Program-made: the position numbers and the translations under genes
In this document: in pieces, positions 51,380 to 62,200 of the stretch
Layout of the letters: the number at the start of each line of letters is the position of its first letter
How positions within the stretch are numbered: position 1 is the first letter of the stretch
The notes under the pieces: generated by a model
Databases searched by the model: none
What the model was told of the DNA's origin: nothing
The model's input: the letters and a program-made list of their open reading frames with translations, nothing else
Assembly: GCA_963662655.2 (NCBI GenBank)
Contig: CAXXTU010000002.1
Span: 1,152,001 to 1,216,000 of the forward strand
From: Candidatus Cloacimonadales bacterium
Lineage (GTDB): Bacteria; Cloacimonadota; Cloacimonadia; Cloacimonadales; JAIOQZ01
Direction of reading: 5' to 3'
Length of the DNA: 64,000 nucleotides

Positions 51380-54300
51380 GTGAAACGAAGAATTCTGAGT
51401 TCAATCCTGCTTATTTTCATCGCAGCTTTCCTGCTTGTCAGTTGCGATACGATCACGGATCCGGATCCAGTTCCGGATACGACTCCCTCAACCAACTACA
51501 CGCTCGTATGGGCCGACGAATTCGACGGCGCGTCGAGTACGCCGGATCCAACCAACTGGAATTACGATCTCGGCTACGGTTATGGAAACAACAACGACGG
51601 CTGGGGTAACGACGAGTGGCAGAAGTATACCGACTCGGAAGAAAACGTCCGCGTCGAGGATGGCAATCTCGTTATCACCGCCACCTGGGATTCAACCAAC
51701 TACATCGTTCCCGGAAAACGGGACGGCTCGATCACATCAGGACGGATCAACACGAAGAACAATTTTTCCATGAAATACGGCAAAATCCAGGCGCGCATCA
51801 AGCCGCCGCAGGGCGCTGGCATGTGGCCGGCGTTCTGGTTGCTTGGCGCAAACTACGACGAAGTGAGCTGGCCGTACTGCGGCGAAATCGACATCATGGA
51901 GATGAGCCCTCTCTACCACGACGAAAAGACCTCGATTTGCACAATCCACTGGTGGGACGAAGACGAAAACGCGCACCTCTCCTTCCAGGGAACGAAGGTT
52001 TTCAACGAAGCGCTTGCGAACGACTTCCACATCTTCGAGATCGAGTGGGACGCAAGCCGCATCATCGGTCGCATCGACGACATGACCTACATGACAAGGG
52101 TCCTCGATCCCGACACGATGGATGAATTCATGAACCACTTCTTTATTATAATGAACATAGCGGTCGGCGGAGGCTACGGCGGAGCGCCCAACAATACCAC
52201 CCCCTGGCCGCAAAAAATGTATATCGACTGGATTCGCGCCTATCAGAAAGACGTGTCCAACGATGACGTCGAGACGTTTGGTATCTTCACCGATACAACA
52301 CCGGTCGACGACAGAATCACCCCGGGACTCGACGCTGAAATCTACGTTTGGGAGAACACGCTCCTTGCCGGAGGAATGCTCCCGTACGAAGGCGACAACG
52401 TGATGTCGTGGGCCACGACAGGCATCGGATGGTTCGGCATGGGCATTCAGGCCAATCAACCGCTCGACCTCTCAGGCTTTGCCGGTGGCAACATGAACCT
52501 CATGATCAAGATGCCGGCTGAAGTATCTTTCCAATCGGCATCAACGACACCAACGGCAACGAAAGTTATGTCGACTTCCCCGCCAACGAAACGGCTTACG
52601 GACTGGCCAGAGACGGCGAGTGGGGACGGGCGACGATCCCGATCGAGACGATCAGGGGCAACGTTGACCTGAGTTCGTTGAGCTACGCCTTCATGATGAA
52701 GGAAGAAAGCGGTACGCAGTGCCAGTTCGCCATCGACGATATCTACTGGGACGGCGGAGGCCTGGCCATCAGTTCCGTCGCTTTCAATGCGGGAACCTAT
52801 TACTCCGATGACAGCAACGCGTATATCACCGTTACGGACGAAGCCGCTGCAGGAACGCAGGTCACGGCGACCGTCGATAACGGAACCGACACGATCTCGC
52901 TCGATGTAACGCTGGACGACAACGGCACAGGAACCGCTGTCGTGAACTTCGGTGCAACGGACGACGAAACCGACACCATAGCCATCGCAGTAGGCAACAC
53001 GCTCACAGTAAGTTATACAGACACATACGGAACCCTTAGAACAGACAGCGCTATCATAACCGCTTCCGGGCCGACCGTCGGAACATTCGGCGTATTCACC
53101 GACACAACGCCGGTCACAACGATGCTCACCATTGGCGAGGACTCGGAAATCTACGTCTGGGAAAACACACTCACACAAGGTTCGATCGAACCCTTCGAAG
53201 GCTACAACGTCATCACCTGGCAAACCACCGGCACAGGCTGGTTTGGCGGTGGCGTGATGGTCAACGATGGCATCGACCTCACAGATTTTGCAGGTGGCTC
53301 TGTCAAATTCATGATGAAAATGCCGGCTGAAGTCACCTTCAAAATCGGTGTCCAGGACACCAACGGACACGAACACTACGTAACCTTCCCCGCTTCGACG
53401 AACGTCTTCGGACTCACAAGGAACGGCGACTGGGGTCAGGCGATCATCCCCGTGAACGAACTCGCGGACGGCGTTGATCTCTCCGCCATGAGCTATGTAT
53501 TCACTATCCTCGAAGAGAATGGTACCGCTTGCGAATTCGCGATCGACGATATTTACTGGGAAGAAGGTTCCGGCAATCAGGAAGGCGATAGCGACATCGC
53601 TTTCGACGCGCAATCCTACATGGAAGACGCCACAAGCGCGACCATCGCCGTCCTGGACGAAGACGCCGCCGGTTCAACGGTGGCTATAACCGTCGACAAC
53701 GGCTCGGAGAGCATCTCCATCGACGTTGTCCTCGATTCGAACGGCGACGGAACGGCGACCGTTAACTTCGGTGCGACCAATGACGATACGAACACCCTCG
53801 CAATCGCTGCGGGAAACACGATCACGGCCTCTTTCACCGATTCGCACAGCGATCTCCTCACCGACACGGCGACCATTCAGTCTTCGGGTCCCGGCGTGGA
53901 CAGATTCGGTATCTTCACAGACACAACGCCAGTCACGGACGGGATCACCGTTGGCAGCAACGCCAACATCTACGTCTGGGAGAACACCCTGACAGCCGGT
54001 TCCATCGAACCTTACGAAGGCGACAACGGAATCTCCTGGCAGTCAAATGGCATGGGATGGTTCGGCGCGGGTATTCAGTCCACACAAGCGCTCGATCTCT
54101 CTGCCTACGCAGGCGGAACCGTCGAAATCATGATCAAGATGCCGGCAAACGTCACCTTCAAGATCGGTATGACGGACCAGGCAGGTCACGAGAAATACGT
54201 GTCCTTCCCGGCAAACCAGACGGTGTTCGGTCTCACCCGCGATGGCGAGTGGGGACGCGCCTCGATTCCGTTGAGCGAGTACATCTCCACCATCAACTTC

Positions 54301-54411
54301 CAATCGATGGATTACGTGTTCACCATTCTGGAAGAAAACGGCACACAATGCGAATTCGGACTCGATGACATCTACTGGCAGAAAGCTACTTCCCGCAACG
54401 CAGGCAAGTAG
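51380..54411 (+). CDS. GH16 beta-1,3-glucanase lipoprotein with 3 CBM-like and 2 Ig-like repeats; one frameshift near 52533
   Basis: Lipobox LVSC; WADEFDG, GWGNDEWQ, WPAFWLLG, GEIDIME; ORFs 51380-52672 and 52678-54411 join through the -1 frame (FQIGINDTNGNESYVDFPAN...) matching the later repeats. Confidence 0.82.
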
Positions 54412-54458
54412 GGCAAGCCTCATGATATAATGAATCTATAACGCGCAAAGGAACGGAC

Positions 54459-56387
54459 ATGAGCAAACACGCACATCACAGAACAAGATCGGAAGATCGG
54501 ATATCCTTGAAGCAGAAATCCGCGTATGCTGTTGGAATGCTGGTAAACAATCTGCAAGCGGCAGCGTTACCGGCAATGGTTGTCATACTCAATCTCGGGC
54601 TTGGCATGGACGTACTACTGGTCGGGCTGATCGGATCGATTCCGCGCATCTTCGATGCCGTCTCGGATCCGTTGGTCGGCTTCATTTCCGATAACACCCG
54701 CACCCGTTGGGGACGGCGCAGGCCGTTCATCTTCATTGGAGCGTTATTGGCGGGGCTGATTTTTGCCGTGATGTGGCAATTGCCTTCCGGATACATCGAC
54801 GTGCTGAAAAGCAAGCCGGTGCACGCGCATCAAACAATCGTCGGGGATTTCAACCCGGAAACAACGTTGGAAACCGGCGATATCTCCGTTCCATTCAACG
54901 CGGAGCAGCCCACGTACGTTACCTTTGTATTATACGGCCCGGCCGATCTCTCTTCCGACCTCGGCGCAAGCAACCTGGACGGATTCCCGCAGGTCGAGCT
55001 CAATGTCGATCTCCCCGAATACCAAACCATGCAGGTCGCGATGCACGAGAGCGGAGATAGCGGAGAGACCTGGGCGATCGATCTTACGCAAGCCGATTCA
55101 CAGGACAACAACGGAAAGCTCTATCAATTCCCGCTGGCCGGACTGAAACTCGATGAAGCGCAAAACATCTCCGGTGGTAACGGTCAACTCGACCTTCCCA
55201 CCATAGAGTACATGACGGTGTCCGTGAAAGGCGTCGAAGGAAGCGGCGTGGCGACCATCCACGCACTCAAGTTCCGCAAAAGCGAGAGCTTCTACACCGG
55301 TTACTTCGTCTACTTCCTGATCATGTCGATCCTGTTCTTCCTCGCCTATACATTGTATGCGACGCCTTTTGTGGCTTTCGGCTACGAAATGACTCCCGAC
55401 TACCACGAGAGAACCCGGCTTCACGCGTTCGCCAACACCGTTGGGCAGCTCGCGTGGCTCGGCGTTCCCTGGTTTTACGCCATCATGGCGAGCAGCCTGT
55501 TCAAGGATACCGTTCACGGCGCTAGAACCCTGGCGATCTATGTCGGTATTGCCGTGGCAGCTTTGGGTATTCTTCCCGCGATCTTCCTGAAAGAGCGACA
55601 GGTTCTCGAACCCGTCCAGAAGGCGACCAAGGGTGTCTGGAAGAACATGGTCGAATTCTTCAAGGGCGTGGTTATCACCTTCAAGAACAAGCCCTTCGTC
55701 AAACTTTGCGGAGCGACCTTCCTGGTGTTCAACGGATTCCAGCTTGGCGCATCCTTCTCGATTTATGTCATGATCTATTACCTTTTCCACGGCAACGACG
55801 CCAGCGCCGGCAAGCTCATGGGCTGGTTCGGCATGATTACCTCCATCGCAACCCTCGCGGTTATTCCTCTCACCGGCTGGATCGCAACCAGAATCGGCAA
55901 GAAGAGAACCTTTTTCATCACCATCTCGTTTTCGCTCATCGGATACGTGGTCAAATGGTTCGGTTACAATCCGGCGCACCCGTACTGGCTGCTTTTCGCA
56001 GCTCCGTTCGTAGCCTTTGGAACCGGCTCGCTCTTCACCCTCATGGGCTCCATGATCTCCGATGTCTGCGACTATGACGAACTCGAAACCCACCAACGGC
56101 GCGAAGGCGTGTTCGGCGCGATCTACTGGTGGATGGTAAAAATCGGAATGTCGATCGCCGGTCTGATGACCGGTGTACTCCTTAAATTCGCGAAATTCGA
56201 TCAGGCCCTCGGTGCAGGTCAGGACGCCACCACGCTTCAACTTCTCCGCTTCTTCGATGTCGCGATCCCGTTTGTTACATCCGCGATCGCCATCTGGATC
56301 ATTGCGTCGTACGCGTTGAGCGAAGACCGCGCCTACGAAATCCGCGGAATTCTCGAGGCAAGACGCCTGAAGAAATCGGCTGAGTAA
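54459..56387 (+). CDS. GPH-family (MelB-like) MFS sugar symporter with inserted soluble domain
   Basis: DAVSDPLVGFISDNTRTRWGRRRPF, EMTPDYHERT, SMISDVCDYDEL...RREG. Confidence 0.9.
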   Translation: MSKHAHHRTRSEDRISLKQKSAYAVGMLVNNLQAAALPAMVVILNLGLGMDVLLVGLIGSIPRIFDAVSDPLVGFISDNTRTRWGRRRPFIFIGALLAGLIFAVMWQLPSGYIDVLKSKPVHAHQTIVGDFNPETTLETGDISVPFNAEQPTYVTFVLYGPADLSSDLGASNLDGFPQVELNVDLPEYQTMQVAMHESGDSGETWAIDLTQADSQDNNGKLYQFPLAGLKLDEAQNISGGNGQLDLPTIEYMTVSVKGVEGSGVATIHALKFRKSESFYTGYFVYFLIMSILFFLAYTLYATPFVAFGYEMTPDYHERTRLHAFANTVGQLAWLGVPWFYAIMASSLFKDTVHGARTLAIYVGIAVAALGILPAIFLKERQVLEPVQKATKGVWKNMVEFFKGVVITFKNKPFVKLCGATFLVFNGFQLGASFSIYVMIYYLFHGNDASAGKLMGWFGMITSIATLAVIPLTGWIATRIGKKRTFFITISFSLIGYVVKWFGYNPAHPYWLLFAAPFVAFGTGSLFTLMGSMISDVCDYDELETHQRREGVFGAIYWWMVKIGMSIAGLMTGVLLKFAKFDQALGAGQDATTLQLLRFFDVAIPFVTSAIAIWIIASYALSEDRAYEIRGILEARRLKKSAE

Positions 56388-56404
56388 CCGCCTGAGGTAT
56401 CCCG

Positions 56405-58078
56405 ATGAGAGCCCATCCCGTTTTCGCCAGATCGCTTAAAATCGCACTGCTCTCGGTTGCGCCGTTCATCGCGCTTGCGCAACAGATCGACATGACGAAG
56501 GAGATCACCGTTACCTCCGCGTCAGGATCGAAGCTCGCAAGACAGGACAATGTCGCGTTTCTGGAGGGCGAGGCGGAAGGAAACGTGCTTCGCATAGACC
56601 CACGCGTCCGCAAGCAGACGTTGGATGGTATCGGAACTTCGTTTACGGAATCCGCCGCGTTCGTTCTGGCTCATCTGGATGAAAACCGGCGAGCGGAAGT
56701 CATGCAGAAAATCTTCGGCGAGAATGGAGCGAATTTCACCCTCACCCGCACGCATATCGGGGCTTGCGATTTCACGGTGAAGGGTAAGTATTCTTACGAC
56801 GACGTGCCGGGCGACAGTGAGCTGAAACATTTTTCGATCGCCCCGGACACGGACGGATTCGATCCCAGCGAATACCCCGGGATCAAGGATCCGGCTTACG
56901 ATCTCCTCCCCATGATCAAGCAGGCGATCGCCATCAAGAGCAAACAGGAAGACACCACGCTACGAATCGTGGCTTCCGCCTGGACTGCGCCATCCTGGAT
57001 GAAGGACATCGAAGAATGGTACATCCCGGGAGCTCCCGAGAACAACTGGCAAGGCACCGGCGGTTCACTGAAAGACGAGTACGTCTCCGTGTATGCAGAA
57101 TACCTTGTAAAATACTTGCAAAGCTACCGGAACGAAGGTGTCGATATCTGGGGAATGACGCCCGTCAACGAGCCGCATGGAAACAACGGGCAGTGGGAGA
57201 GCATGAGCTTCTCCCCCGAAACGCAAAACGACTTTATCAAGAAATATTTGGGGCAACAGCTACGTGCAGGTGGGTTCGGTAATCTCAAGCTCCTCGTCTA
57301 TGATCAAAACCGCGACGGTATCGAGCCATGGACGGACGTGATCTTTGCCGATCCCGGCACTGCACCGTACGTTTACGGCGTTGCCGTTCACTGGTACGAA
57401 AGCACCAATCAGGTGTACGAGGAAACATTCGAGAGGGTTCACGAGAAATTCCCGGGCTTTGCGATCATCCATACGGAGGGTTGCATCGACGACCTCGGCA
57501 AGGACGCGCCCGAGGGCGTTTCGGACCCCGTCAAATTCAAGGAAACCAACTGGTTCGACAAAGACGATTTCTGGTGGAACGACAACGCCACCGATTGGGC
57601 CTATACCGTTCCCTGGCAGGGTGTGAACGTGAAAGACCACCCCGCCTACGCTCCGGTTCATCGCTACGCGCGCAACATCATCGTGAGTATCGATCACTGG
57701 ATGCAGGGCTGGATCGATTGGAACATCGTCCTGGACAGCAGCGGCGGCCCGAACCACGTCAACAACTTCTGTGGCGCTCCCATCATGATCGATACGAAGA
57801 GCCAGAAGGTATATTACACGCCGGTTTATTATGTGCTGGCTCAGTTTAGTAGAACCATCCGCCCGGGAGATCGAGCCGTAAAAACGCAAAAGCTTGCACC
57901 AACTCTCGGGCAGGATGACCTCCACACGTGCGCGACAATCAACAACGACGGCCTTCTGAGCGTGCAAGTTCTCAATACCACGCAAGAGCCCATCCGGTAC
58001 AACCTTCAAATCGGCAAACGCTTCGCGCCGATCACCATCGAAGCGAACGCGGTTCAGACGGTGAGGGTGCAACTATGA
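56405..58078 (+). CDS. Glycoside hydrolase family 30
   Basis: GIGTSFTESAA, RTHIGACDF, ASAWTAPSWMK, TPVNEP, VHWY, HTEGC, GWIDWNIVLD..GGPNH. Confidence 0.9.
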   Translation: MRAHPVFARSLKIALLSVAPFIALAQQIDMTKEITVTSASGSKLARQDNVAFLEGEAEGNVLRIDPRVRKQTLDGIGTSFTESAAFVLAHLDENRRAEVMQKIFGENGANFTLTRTHIGACDFTVKGKYSYDDVPGDSELKHFSIAPDTDGFDPSEYPGIKDPAYDLLPMIKQAIAIKSKQEDTTLRIVASAWTAPSWMKDIEEWYIPGAPENNWQGTGGSLKDEYVSVYAEYLVKYLQSYRNEGVDIWGMTPVNEPHGNNGQWESMSFSPETQNDFIKKYLGQQLRAGGFGNLKLLVYDQNRDGIEPWTDVIFADPGTAPYVYGVAVHWYESTNQVYEETFERVHEKFPGFAIIHTEGCIDDLGKDAPEGVSDPVKFKETNWFDKDDFWWNDNATDWAYTVPWQGVNVKDHPAYAPVHRYARNIIVSIDHWMQGWIDWNIVLDSSGGPNHVNNFCGAPIMIDTKSQKVYYTPVYYVLAQFSRTIRPGDRAVKTQKLAPTLGQDDLHTCATINNDGLLSVQVLNTTQEPIRYNLQIGKRFAPITIEANAVQTVRVQL

Positions 58079-59190
58079 TGTCGCGCGGCTGTCGATTCCT
58101 TGTCTTCCTCATTCTGCCGATTTTACTCCTATCGGCGTGTGGACACGGGAGCGGTAGCCGGAATAACGAGCTCGGTGTAGTCGGGAAAAACCTGATGGAA
58201 GGTATAACACCCGTGAAGCGCGATCCTTTCAATCGTCGTGCATTCAGGCCGGACAAGACCGATCCACTCTACCTCAAAGGCGTGTCGTACGGACCGCATC
58301 GTAAGGGGCAGGCTCCCTGGGGCGAATCTCCCACGGACGAGCAGCTCGAAGAAGACCTTTCAATTATATCCAGCGTCTGGCATCTCGTCAGAATCTATAA
58401 CGCCGACGACATCTCCGGGAGAATCTTGCGGATCATCCGGCAGAACAACCTCCCCATAAAAGTCATGCTGGGCGTATGGCTGGAAAACGAGACCGACAGA
58501 CCCGGCATGCGAAAAAATAACGTCGATAACGTCCTCCAGGCCATCGAGCAGGCCGACGAATACCCCGAGATCGTTATCGGGCTGAATGTCGGCAATGAAA
58601 CGCAGGTCTACTGGTCTGCACACAAGATGGAAGAAGATGACCTGATACGCTATATCCGTACCGTACGCAATCATATCGAGCAACCCGTCACTACCGCGGA
58701 CGACTACAATTTCTGGAACAGGCCGGAGAGTAAGGCCATCGAAAATGAGATCGATTTCATCACCATGCACATCCACCCGCTCTGGAACGGGAAGACACTC
58801 GCCGAGACCTTCGACTGGATCAGCAAGATGCGCTTCGATATCATCACGAAGGTTGGAAGCATGGATGTCGTAATCGGTGAGGTAGGCTGGGCCACGGATT
58901 ACAACGCAGACAAGAAGGGCGACGGTGAGCAGGGAACGCTCGTCAAAGGCGAAGTTGGGATCGATGCACAGGGAGAATTCCTCATCGGGCTCGACAAGTG
59001 GATCGAAGACAAGCGCTGCACTACGTTTCTGTTCGAAGCGTTTGACGAATCCTGGAAAGGTGGAGCGGAGAGCACCGGCCCCAATGAGATCGAGAAGAAT
59101 TGGGGTGTGTTTTACGAAAACAGGAAACCGAAAGAATCCTTTTTAAGGTATTTAGAAGATAAAGAATCAAGAAGAATAAGACAATTATAA
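58075..59190 (+). CDS. Glycoside hydrolase family 17 lipoprotein
   Basis: ATGA overlap with GH30; lipobox LSAC; SYGPHRKGQ.P, VRIY, NVGNE, GEVGWAT, FEAFDESWK, EKNWG. Confidence 0.88.
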   Translation: MMSRGCRFLVFLILPILLLSACGHGSGSRNNELGVVGKNLMEGITPVKRDPFNRRAFRPDKTDPLYLKGVSYGPHRKGQAPWGESPTDEQLEEDLSIISSVWHLVRIYNADDISGRILRIIRQNNLPIKVMLGVWLENETDRPGMRKNNVDNVLQAIEQADEYPEIVIGLNVGNETQVYWSAHKMEEDDLIRYIRTVRNHIEQPVTTADDYNFWNRPESKAIENEIDFITMHIHPLWNGKTLAETFDWISKMRFDIITKVGSMDVVIGEVGWATDYNADKKGDGEQGTLVKGEVGIDAQGEFLIGLDKWIEDKRCTTFLFEAFDESWKGGAESTGPNEIEKNWGVFYENRKPKESFLRYLEDKESRRIRQL

Positions 59191-59205
59191 AAATTGGAGG
59201 AAAAG

Positions 59206-62200
59206 ATGTACAAGACATCCATGTTCGTTACTCTGTTGCTTTTCTTTGTTCTTGGCTCGGGCCTCTTTGCCCAGACAAGAACCATTGATTTCGAGACCGG
59301 AGAAACCGGGACCGCCTGGAACTGGGTCGTCACCGAAAACGGATCGAACCCGGCCATGACATTCCCGGCGAATCCCGCAAGCGATGCCGTTAACGGCTCC
59401 GCAAACGTCGCCGAGTTCACCGCGCTGGACGCAGGAGCCAATTGGGCGCTTTGCTTCACCGACGACATCGATGATTTCAAGTTCAACGCAAACAACAGCA
59501 CTGTCAGTATTATGGTCTACAAGCCCGTAATCAGCAATATTGCCATCAAGTTTGAAGGATCGAGCCCGGCAGTCGAGATCCAAATACCGAACACTGTCGT
59601 GAATCAGTGGGAAAACATCGTATTCGATTTTTCCGGTTCGATCGGAAACACCTACAGCAGGTTGGTGATCATTCCCGATTTTGCCAATAGGGATCAGGAC
59701 AACGTGATCTATTTTGACAACATCGTGATGCCTTCCGGCAACGTGTTCACCCCTGAACCCAACGTACCGGAAGTTGCCGCGCCGGTTCCGACAGTCGACG
59801 CGGAAGACGTGATTTCCATCTACAGCGATTCCTACACCGATCTCGAAGGCACCAACTTCGCAGCTCCGTGGGGTCAATCGACAGTTGTTTCCTTTGATGA
59901 CATCGAAGGCAACAACATGATGAAATACGCCACCTTCAACTTCCAGGGAACGCAGCTTCTCGGAGCTCACAACCTTACGGCCATGACACACGTTCACATC
60001 GATATGTGGACCGACGACGCCACCGTCGTGAAATTCTCACCGATCAGCGCTTTGAATGGCGAGCACCTCGTGAGCCTCGAACCGATCAACGCGGAAACAT
60101 GGAACAGCTACGACATCCCGCTCGAAGACTTCACCGGTCTCCGCTGGGATGATATCCACCAATTAAAATTCGACGGACAGGCTGGCGTATATCCATCCAC
60201 CATCTATCTTGATAACATCTATTTCTACGCTTCGGATGCAGCAAGCGACGACGCGACTCTCAGCGATCTCCGTGTGGACGACACGACCGTCGATGGATTC
60301 GCTTCCAACGTCTACTCCTACAACGTTGATCTCCCGGAAGGAACCGAGATCGTTCCGACCGTGACAGCGACAACCAACCACACCGGCGCTTCCTATCAGA
60401 TCAACAACGCGACCGAACTTCCCGGAACAACCTCCGTTGTCGTTACAGCCGAAGACACCACAACCTCGTTGACCTATATCATCAACTTCACCGTGGGTTC
60501 TTCAGTACCGACCCAGCCCACCGCTGCCGCTCCGACGCCCACGCATCTTCACGAGAACGTGAAATCCGTATTCAGCAACGTCTACGGCGACATGGCCGGC
60601 GCAAACTTCAACCCGTCCTGGGGACAAACCACACTCGTCCTTTTCGAGCTCATCGAAGGCGACACCGTCATCAAATATCAGAACTTCAACTATCAGGGAA
60701 CCGAGTTCCCGGCCACGAGCATCGAATCGATGGAATACGTTCACATCGACATGTGGACTCCGGACGCGACCGTCGTCATGTTCTCCCCCATCAGCGGATC
60801 ACGCATCGAGCACCTTGTCTCGCTCACTCCGCTCGTGCAAGGCACCTGGAACAGCTACGACATCCCGCTCACCGATTTCAGCGACATAGACCTTTCCGAT
60901 GTCTATCAGCTCAAGTTCACGGCCGAGCCGGGATTCAACCCCTGCAACGTATGGATCGACAACGTATTCTTCTGGAAGAATCCCATCGGTGCAGGCGCGG
61001 ACGCAACCCTCAGCAACCTGATGGTCAACGGAACCACTGTTACCGGCTTCTCGTCCGGCGTTTACACCTATAACGTCGAGCTTCCCTACGGAACGACAGA
61101 AGTCCCTGTCGTTACCGCAACTACAACCGATCCTCTGGCAAGCCACCTTGTAACCAACGCTACAGGGCTTCCCGGAACCGCTACTGTTGCCGTCACCTCC
61201 GCAAACGAAGAGGAGCATCTGAATTACACCATCAACTTCACCGTTGGCGATGAAGTGGCAGAACCAACCGTTGGCGCACCGATTCCCGATGAACCGGCGC
61301 AAGACGTGATTTCGATTTTCAGCAACACATACGGCGACATGGCCGGCACGAACTTCAATCCTTACTGGGGACAGCAAACCGTCGTCACATTTGAGGGAAT
61401 CGACGGAAACACGACCCTGAAATACGACAACTTCAACTACCAGGGAACGCAGCTCGCAGGCAGCATCGACCTTTCCCTCATGGAATACGTGCACGTCGAT
61501 CTCTGGACAGCGAACGCGGAACAAGTTCAGTTCTCGCCGATCAGCATCTCCACCGGCGAGGTTCTCACATACTTCTCGCCGCTCGAGCAGGAAACCTGGA
61601 ACAGCTTCGACATCCCGCTCGAAGACTTCACAAACCTCTCCATGAGTGATATTCACCAGCTCAAGTTCGTAGGAACGACAGGTTCGACCGTATATCTCGA
61701 CAACATCTACTTCTGGAAGAATCCGACCCAGGCCGGATCGGACGCGACACTCAGCGATCTCAAGGTCAACGGTACAACCGTAACCGGTTTCGCGCCGTCA
61801 ACCTTGACCTACTCTGTCGAGCTTCCTTACGGAACCACCGAAGTGCCTGCCGTTACTGCAACCACAACCGATCCCCTGGCAGATTACGTAGTAAACGACG
61901 CCGCCGAGCTTCCTGGAACCACCACCGTAGTCGTAACCGCTCAGGATGAAACAACAATCCTCACCTACAGTGTGGTATTCACCATTGAAAATCCTGTACC
62001 AAGTACTGGAGCTCCGAATCCAACATACGCACCAGCCGATGTGACATCCATCTTCAGCAACGTCTATGGCGACATCGCAGGCGCGAACTTCAATCCCAAC
62101 TGGGGACAGCAGACAACCGTCACCTTCGAGAACATCGATGGCAACACAACCCTGAAATACTCGAACTTCAACTACCAGGGAACCGAGTTCCCAACCACCG

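Noticed and set aside
52525..52540. Programmed -1 frameshift or phase variation (also at 13748)
   Set aside because: No X-XXY-YYZ slippery heptamer or long homopolymer; sequencing error is more parsimonious
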